DNA of 59,319 nt, filler included, from Platydemus manokwari (lineage: Eukaryota), in the NCBI GenBank assembly GCA_037951405.1. It is 5 parts of 5 records of this genome, joined end to end, with 100 filler letters (N's around TTAATTAATTAA, not from the genome) between each part and the next. Parts side by side here need not be neighbours in the genome. Positions count along the whole stretch, not along the records: positions 49,917 to 59,319 come from JBBMOY011254651.1; 4 more parts are not named here. One strand, 5' to 3'. Numbering within the stretch: position 1 is the stretch's first letter; each line of letters begins with the position of its first letter. The translations under genes and the position numbers were made by a program. Shown piece by piece: positions 49,917-59,319 of this stretch. A model generated the notes under the pieces. The model made no database searches. It was given only the letters and a program-made list of their open reading frames with translations, and was not told the DNA's origin.

Positions 49917-52900
49917 TCCTGCTTAGGTTAGTAATCCCAGAATCTTTCGGATTTATACATTATTAATTAATATAAAAAATAAAATTAATATAATAATAAT
50001 TATAATATAAACTGTATATAATTTTTTATATTGCCTCACTTTCCTTTATGAAATTGATATCATTATAACTTCAGATGATTTGAATTAGAAACTCTTGTTT
50101 TCGTCTTTTCTATATTAATTCCCAGAACAAATTGAAACCAAAAATCTCTCGAAATTATGCACTTAATATGCTGTGTTAATCTGTCCTGAGGTTATTTATT
50201 TTTATGCACTCTCAATAATGCACTTTAACTGAAAATGTTCGGCTGTTTTTTAAATAGGATTATTTTTTAAATTTGACTATTAGGGAAAAGAGAAATCGTT
50301 CTAATTGAAACACTTTCTAAAATGTTTAATTTCATTTTTCGATTAAATATTGTGATATAATTCGACCACAAAACATATCCAAAATATCTTATACTTGAAC
50401 TACTATTAAGCTGGACTAATGTTGTCTTCACCTCATCCAAAAATTATTTCTTTAATTATTTTATATTATTACATGAATATCTTTTACTTAGGACCATGCA
50501 TTGATAAGTTTTCTTGAGTTTTTAAGACATGGAGTTTCATCTGTAGACAATCCTTACAAAGATTACATTCGTTAACAATATCTAATCGAATTTTTTCTTA
50601 TGTAAGATAGTAAATTCACGATTTCTTCAATTTTTCTCGAAATCCAATTCCGCTCATAGATAAAGCTTTCAAGATATTTCGTGGCACGTTTTAAATAATA
50701 AAAGATATGACTTCCCTTACAATAGGCTTAATATTTTTAACTAAACCAAATTCGTTCTAAAGCCAGGAAAAGACAACTTCTTGCTTTATTGTGTAACCTT
50801 ACCTATTGTTTCTATAATTTTAGAGCTATTACGTTTGAGATAATATAACGTGACAAACTGCACTGCATTATCTAACTTCTCTCTATTATTTAGATAATCA
50901 CTTAAAGCAGTGAACACACTTTTATGTTTATTAAAGTTCAAGAAATTCAATTCAACGCTTTGTACACAATTGATAGGTTAGACTCTAAATTGTCAGTAAT
51001 AATTAATAAAGTTGTAAACTAGAACACTGTGCAAGTACTTATTTTATAACTACATGTCCAGGAATTTCTGGCTGTATAACAAACTCTCAGTAACAAATAT
51101 GGGCACTACTTTTAATTCTACTTAAAGAATACAATGAATATGTTAACTATATTAGTTTTAAATCTAATTATTTCTTTAGCTGGTGAAATGGAAAATTCCA
51201 AAATTCTACTACTCCTTATTTATTGTTTTTTACTTTCGGTGTGCTTCCTCTACTCTTCAGCGAATTTACTGTGCACACAATATTTTTAAATACAATATTT
51301 GTTTTTAATATTTATAATTGGGATTTCTGTTTGCACGAAAACTCTGCCATAACTAATCCTGTTATTTTATCTTAAAATCATTTTTATATCATGGATTATT
51401 TTAAAAATTCATCTTTAAATCAGCAGGTTGGTTTTAACTTAACAGAACAATTATTAAATTTTCCGTAACAGTTTTCAAATAGATAAAGAATTTGACCTTT
51501 AATTAAAATGATTGAGAAGTCTTTTGAGTTTCGTGTACTTCTATAAATATCATTCAACAAAAAGCATTTATGAGAATATGATAGAGAAAAACCAAATGCC
51601 ACTTACAATAGGTCACAAGTCTATGCTTAAACTTTCCTTCAAAAATGCAGAAAATGCTCTGACCATCAGTAAATAATCTTGATAAAATCAAAGGAAATAA
51701 AACGTTGTAGCTTTGTATATGTTAACTTTATTTGCGTTTTGTGTTTAAGGCATCTTTATGCATTTTAACAGTCTGTACATGCTACAATAGGCTTAGGAAA
51801 CTTGTTCACTCAATTACTTATCATGATAAGGCATGTCAGTTTTTAATTTAGCTATAATATCATAAAGCACTTCAAAGTATATTCAAGTTACACGTATGAC
51901 ATTTATAAATTATCGTCAACGTTTCAATCGAATCACTCTCTACATTCCAATTATATTTTAAAAACACCTCTGAAAGCCACTATTGCACATTTGAGAATCC
52001 CATTAAAAATTTAATTCAAAATTAAATTAAACCCGATTAAAAATAAGTTTTATGAATCTCGAAATCAGAACAAGTTGTTTTTTCAAGAAATTATCAACTT
52101 ATTTATTCGTTAATATGTTAGTAAATTAATTCATTCTTTAATGGTTTCAGATGAAAGTACGTTATTCCTGGGACCTTATCGGAAAATCAAATAAAATCTA
52201 AATCGAGAATTCATTGAACGAAATGGTGAGGAAATAACGACGATCATGATTTCATTTCAATACAATCCGACTTCTATTCGATATATGATGTCGTTTAATT
52301 ATAACATTCTTCTATCATAATTTGTTTTCAAAGATTTTCATTTTTGATAAGTCTGGATTATTTGATGAAGATATTATTTTCGGGTCTGGATTTTCATAAT
52401 TTTTAAATATTTTATTATTATTTTAATTAAAGCCAGGAGATCCATTAATTTAATGGGAGACATTCGCGAAAACAGCGTGCATTAATCGAAATATCAAAGT
52501 AGGTTACATGCCTAGTAAAATTCTTGAAATATTATTGGGATTCTATGTAATACTGACTATGTAAGGTATGAGGAATATGTGTAGCGTTTTGTGAAAATAA
52601 TAATCGATTTGGAGTGCTATTGGAATATTATTACTATCAATATCACTGCGGTTTCTCTTTCTCCTCGTATATTAAGAACAATAAATATATCAAATCACTT
52701 GAGAAAACATGTGATTGGGTTCCACAGAAATAAAGTTCAATCAATAAAACTACCAGGGGAAATATTTGATAATAATTTGAATAAAACATTCTTACCAGTC
52801 ATGAACATGCTTGTCTGTTGTATTTTGCTGTTGAGAATTGATTTTATGTTGTTTCGTCTGTCGTTGGTTGGTATTATATACTACTAATATACACTGTTAA

Positions 52901-54749
52901 CAAGATATCGACGTAGATTCTGCTGGGATGACGTTATAGAGAAAATTTAGATTTATTTCATATTATACAAATAAATTTTCAAATCACACAATTTGGTATT
53001 AATAAGAACACGAGGACATACCTTTAATGATCAGTGTTGCAGGCATTGACATACTTTATATATTAGCAATATATCAAATATATTATCTCAATGATCAAAA
53101 ATAGTAAACAGAAATTGCAGCTCAGTTTCCAGCTCGTTGGTTCCCAAAGGACTACTGATAATATCCGCTCAGAAACCGACCTGGAAAACATTACGGCAGT
53201 AATAGTTACGGTTACTGCTGTTATTATTATTTCTTAATTTCAATTTTTATACCACTTACAACCGTATAATTTGCACCGTGTTTAAAATGATAAAAAAATT
53301 TCTCTTTCACACTTTTTCAAAACAATGGTGCACATAAAAAATTTACTGCACTCTTTATACATTACAGCACAAAAGTTCCGTTATTTCCTATGTTATTTGA
53401 CCAACTCGTCCTCGATTGTCGTTAGTCAAACAGATTACTCTCATCAAAATCATAATTTAGTAAATGAATTACATTGTTTTCCGGTGAATTTTTCATTTTG
53501 AAACCAAAATTATTTATGATGGAACTGATATTGGCACTACAGTATCGAATAATGATTGGAAAATTCAATAGAATAAGGTTTATTTTCATCATCTACTAAC
53601 CTCATTCTAAATTGATATCCGGAAATATGATTTGATCGTGACGAGTTTAAAGATGTGAGAGCCAGATGCCGGACTAAATAATTCTCGAATCAATCGAATA
53701 CGTTTTTAATAAAAGTTCAATTTAGAAAACGAAATAAGTTAGTTAAAATTACGAGATTAAATAAACAATTAATATTTCGAATTGTGTTTTGCTATAATTA
53801 TGGGTTTCAATGCTGGTTCATCTTTTATAAATACAATTTAGAAGTTAAATGATTTTAAAAGGAAAATCATCGATTTATAAAACTTTATAATACACAATCT
53901 CTCCACTATCAGTCAATAATCACTCTCACCATGCATATGGAAGACGTTATTCTTAGAAACCCCTTTAATTTTATAGGCCTGTGGGCCGAGACACCTAAAA
54001 AGGTAGTGAATAGCCGAATTAGGATAGATAATAACACAAATCTCGAAACCTCAAAAAGATGATAATTTTATTTTCATTATTAAAAGATATTTTTTTAGAA
54101 AGAATCTCACAGTGCCGATATATAGTGTGTAATTATATTCGCGATTACTGAAAGGTTATATTATGCGATTCGATCTCTATTGAGTATTTTCACTGTTAGT
54201 GTAATTAAGTCTTGATTCTTTGATGGCATCTGGTTAGGATTTTATTGCAGTCAGTATTCTATATTCTATTTTCTGAACCGAATTTACAGATCCGATATTC
54301 TCTTGTAATATATTGTGGTATTTTACTCGTCATAAAAATTCATCCTTAATTCAAAATGATTGTATACACGATTAATACTATGAAATCATATTTTAAATAC
54401 TAGATACACTTAATGTTTATTAAAATTCATACTTTCTATCATATATACACATACACTCTCATTTAAACAAACTCAGGTTTATTTTCAGAAAAAACCGGAA
54501 AACGATTAACCAATGCGATCTTCGATAAATAAGGCTATCGATTTTAGAATTAATGCATATAAATTCCACTTACAATCTGTTGTCAAGGTGAATAATAATC
54601 CGTAAACCACATTATATGTTAACCATATGATCAATAAACGATTCTCTTTTTGTAAATTTTTTATTGTATGAAAATCATGTTCTTTTTATTGTTGGGGTTC
54701 AAAAGATTCGAAGGCTGTATTTCACTCAAACTTACTAATTATTAAGTGC

Positions 54750-55450
54750 CAACCAGCAGTTGGGTATCTTTACATCCGTATCAATACTTGGGATTTATGT
54801 GTAATTTTCATATCGCGTTTTCATTTGATATTTTATTACTCCAGTTCCAGTTGGATTTATTGATTTTGTTGACTCAAGATTGCTCAATCCCTGTGTCACT
54901 GTGTAGCTATGTTCGTTTTTCCAATTTGAATTTTCCATTGCTTGTTTGCTGTAATTGTATGTTGAGTAGGCATGTAAAAGCTTAAAGTGGCAAAATAAGG
55001 TTTCCAAGATGTCTCGTTGCTTGAAAAAGTCACCGCAAATGATTGTTATCGACCAAAATAGATTGGCTTATGCTTGCGAGACGAAACTTCTTTCACAGGC
55101 TTATTAAGTGTGTTCACTTGATATCTTTTCATTCAATAGGGCTGTTAGCACGTCGGTTTATTCGAAAATGTTCTTGTATCTTTATTACCATTAGCGTATC
55201 TCAGTAACTGTTGCCTGTTTTATGTATGGATAGATCTATAGATATCATCTGAATGACTATTGGCATTTGTTCTTATCAAATTTTGTGTACCGACCCTTTG
55301 GGGATTATTTCCATGGTTTCCATGATCATTTTGTCTGCTTTGATAACATACCCAACACACACATACATAAGGGGTTACTGGATATCAATACTGTTACTGT
55401 TATCCCCTTTAAGATAATTTGATTGTGCAAGGCTTGCTTATCGACTGGGG
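54750..55450 (-). mobile_element. Possible non-LTR (LINE) apurinic-endonuclease relic
   Basis: GC-richer island; minus strand gives SITIICGDFF (APE GDFN motif) in frame with ORF 54795-55007, followed by a decayed SYTVT (IDY-like) block. Boundaries approximate. Confidence 0.35.
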
Positions 55451-58400
55451 AATACATTTTTAGGTTTTATATTTTCAGTATTATCAGAATGGAAGGTGAG
55501 CTGTGTGTAGACAGGTTTAAAGGAATAAAAGAAATTCAAATACTTTTTGAAGAATATCAATAGATATCTAACGACCAACACAGACATATTATCTTAATCG
55601 AATATTTTTTAATCTTTCATCTAATTATTTTTAATATAATATCTTTTAAAATATTTAGCTACTCCGTTAAATCAACGATATTTGAATAATTAATTGAGGT
55701 ATTTATTGATTATAATTAAATTATATTATATTATAAATTACATTATAATTATATGATAATATTATAAGTATAATTATTATTATTGGTTATAATACACACA
55801 TATATACTACTCATTAGTATTAGATGGATCTCAAATTAACCATTTTATAATACAGTAATTGGTGGCTTCTAACCCATAGTCATTTCACTCAAAATCACTA
55901 ACAATTATTGCTAGGGGGCGCATATCCCCCACATATCAAGGTCACATTCTTACATACATTAAAACAAAGAAACCAATTAAAAAAGACTCATTGTATGGAA
56001 AAAATTATAAAAGACACCATTATAACGAATAATTAAAAAATTCATTAAATTAATGAAAGATAGTTTGATTATTAATAGCAATCAAACCTGTGTCACACAC
56101 CAACTGGTTTATAAATTATCGAATATCTCACATCGACTTCTATATTTCCTTTAAATGATTCGATGATGACATTGATAATTTATTTCTGATTTTCAAATCT
56201 ATCACTTTGGTTTCAAACTTTCGGCAGCTTCAAGAGATATTAAAACTAACACAGTGACAGATTTAAAAACATTAAGCAGTCAATGATTGCTGCCTAACAA
56301 TTGTTGTGCCAATAACATTTCCAGCTGTGAGATTTACTAGAGGAACAAACAAGAAATTCCATTTTTTGGGTCTGTACAGAAACAATTTATCATTGAAGAG
56401 AAAAATAAATAAATAAAGCGCAACGCAATGAAAATATTGACAGAAAAACAGTTGAAAGATTATTTTGTTGATTTTCAATTTTAAAACTAATACGTAATTT
56501 ATGAATTTGCTCAATTTCTTTCTTGATTGATCCCGATCGGATTTTGTTATAAGTCTTGACTGATTTCATATCAAGTATTTTTAATCTATATTTCATCATA
56601 CATCGAGAGAAAGAGAGAAAGTGAAATGATTTTCGAGTGGAATATATATTGCCGGTGTTGAAGAATTACGGAAATATTTACTGGGAACTTAATCATGTAA
56701 AATATGCTTAGAAATAATATAAGCAAGTAGCTACTATATTATTGTTATTATTAATACTATTATACGCCACTATTACCTTATGTAGCACGCATTGAGAACG
56801 AACTGCAAAGTGAAGACAAAATAATATAAATTTATATAATATCTGAATTAAATTTCTAAAAATTTAATTCATTTAAAATGCTCACATCCTCCTTTCTTTA
56901 AAATCCTAAATTTTATTTGTAATCTTAACTGACATTATAAGGAATAATTTAGATATTTATCTACATTAAAATATCCAATTCTTTTATTTTATCACGGCAT
57001 CGTCTTTATATCTTCTGTACGTCTTATTTATATATTCTCTATATATTCTCTATAACTTTATTCTTCTCCATAATTTTCATTCATTGATCTTCTTAGAATA
57101 GAATCCAGATAATCGAATAATCGATTTAATATTTTTGAATATTTTCATTAAATATTCTTTTGTGTTTTAAGTTCTCAGATTCGTTTTCAATTTACTTTTT
57201 ATGTAAAAGTGACAGCTAAGAATTATAATAATAATCAATAACATTAACTACATTTTAATGGGTTCACATATGAATAATGTATTGTTAAAGAATTTAACAT
57301 CGGTCATATATTCCAAATAACAATATATGCAGCTATATATTTGTAAATTCGCTGCGATATCTGATTCCGATAAATAAACAAAACACCAAAATTCGATTTA
57401 ACTGCAATGAAATCTACTCTAGATGCCGACCATCAATGAAGTTTACATATAAAAATAATAAACGACAATATTGTCGATGGCGTTTTGGTGAATTTATAAT
57501 TTTTTCCATCAATGTTTTGTTGACACAACACAGGATTTTTCAAAAATTCGATAATCAAGCGAAGATTATTTTGCAAATGAGAAATGACGAATGAGATCAA
57601 ATGAATTTGTCTGATCTGATTTTTGAAATGAGGAGAGGATTAAATAAAATTTACAATCTGGTAAATATTGATATAAATCATTGAAATGATTATTTTGAGA
57701 TTTGTTTCATCTTCGCCGTTACATTACATATAGCAGTATCAACTATAATAATGGGAATAATAATCTAACAACGACTACGTAAAAATTATGAGTAAAATAT
57801 GAACAAAAATTCATTTATCAATCAAAAGCAAGCGAGTCAATTATCAGTTCATAACGAGATCAGCGCCTGAAAGACACAAACCACAAAAGAAATTACCGAC
57901 CATAAAGATAGGTAGTTGCTCTCAAAATTCAATTCATTTTATATATATGTCGTGTGTGTTTACCTGCTGGCTTGCATTTGTGCTATTTATTCACCGACAC
58001 GGACTGAAGACTATTGTCCGATTTTCTTTTATCTTTCATATAATTGGATTATCTAAATATCCATTGCCTATTCTTGCAGTGCATCATTCTATTTAAATGT
58101 TGATATTTTTTTCGCATTTGATTGGCTACCACCACATGCACTCTTCTTGCCAGCGTGTATCATTTTTTGAGGATTATTCTACGGTATCCTAAATTATTTT
58201 TATAACCTTACACATTTTATAGATCTATTTATGTTTATTTTTATTAGGTTAACTTCTTTTCTGATCAGTTTCAAGAGTTATTAATCATTTTAATTATTAA
58301 TGAGTTTTGAATTGAATATTTTTTAATGGAATTTCACATTTTTAATAAAATTATCGGTCTTAATTGGAATTTCGAAATTCCATTTCGATTATCTACAGAA

Positions 58401-59319
58401 AGCAAAGCAAGAAAAAAATCGGCAAAATTTTAAAAATCACAAAAAATTATTGGAATGCGCCTGATAAGATTGGAAAATCAATTTCGCCATATGAATATCA
58501 GTTTGACAAATTTAGAATAAATAATAAAATTCTTGATAATTTAATTAGAAATTCAAAAGCAATTTCTGACGATAATAAATTCTTTTCATAATTTTATCCA
58601 CGAGATTCTAAGCAGATTAGTAAAAACAAATTTTAAACGAAAAAGAAAAACGAACAATTTATTAATAATGATAAATTAGCGCTAATCGATAGGATTATAA
58701 AGGAGTAATAAAATAAAAACATAATTTAATTATTTAATAATACGATTTTATTAATATCGTAGATATTTTAATTTATTTTAGGCTTTATATATTTATATTC
58801 AAAGTTTTCACAATGCTTAGATATTTAAAATTGCTCTCATTTAACAAAATATCTGGTTGTAGCTAGATTCTTGATGACATCATAATAAAATACAGTAAAA
58901 ATACAGTTTTAATGATATATATTTATAAAACCTCAGCATTTATTATCATATTGAATTGTCTGACATTCATAACTGGGTATAAAAATACTTTCTCATGGAT
59001 GATGAACTGTCTTTTAGAAAGTATTAAATTGATTGGAAGAATGACAAAATAATCTTCTTTTGGTAACATATAATATCTAATAATTAATTATTTAAAATCG
59101 AAAAAACAAAAGTAATCTTAAATATATTAAGGGATTAGGTTGAGATCACGAATGAAGTGGTCCATCTCTTTGATATTCTAATTGATTCGTAATTAATTAT
59201 ATAAAGGATTAAAAAGAAATTTATGAGGAAAATAAACCATCTGAATTAGAAATATGACAGGAATAAAATACTTTTTGAATAATCGATAAGATTTTTATTC
59301 AGCAATAAAATTTTTATAA

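Noticed and set aside
50500-51700. Possible second LINE relic (minus-strand PIFVTES / EIPGH)
   Set aside because: Only two tiny motif-like pieces; too degraded to support a call.
55910-55930. CTCF-like motif / GGGGG-CCCCC mini hairpin
   Set aside because: Single partial motif match without supporting context.
58365-58382. Perfect 18-bp palindrome TGGAATTTCGAAATTCCA
   Set aside because: About one such palindrome is expected by chance in 59 kb at this AT content.

Overview
AT-rich (roughly 25% GC by eye) eukaryotic genomic DNA, almost certainly from an animal: it has spliceosomal introns with a ~50-nt mode, FBXO45 and a rhodopsin-like GPCR, and an 18S fragment hints at a flatworm/triclad. It consists of five contigs joined by artificial 100-nt spacers (44N-TTAATTAATTAA-44N). 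Host genes: (1) the 3' eight exons of a SWR1/SRCAP/domino chromatin remodeller (+, 10915-20042) with a long N/I/S/T-rich tail; (2) the first four exons of an MFS transporter of the GPH/SLC45-like type (+, 30148-36332); (3) an intronless, highly divergent 7TM GPCR (+, 43026-43970); (4) the last two exons of FBXO45 (-, 46583-46861). Between them lies a graveyard of mobile DNA. The most notable piece is a decayed Polinton/Maverick (adintovirus-like) endogenous viral element at ~22930-26600: protein-primed PolB, an HNH endonuclease of the large-DNA-virus type and a 'gasderminX'-like membrane protein, flanked by Gypsy gag and integrase relics. There is also a Tc2/pogo transposon (40223-41757), two MITE families, LINE/Copia scraps, an 18S rRNA fragment inside an intron, a 29-bp minisatellite and microsatellites. 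No intact novel system is evident. All family calls come from motif recognition by eye, without database searches.
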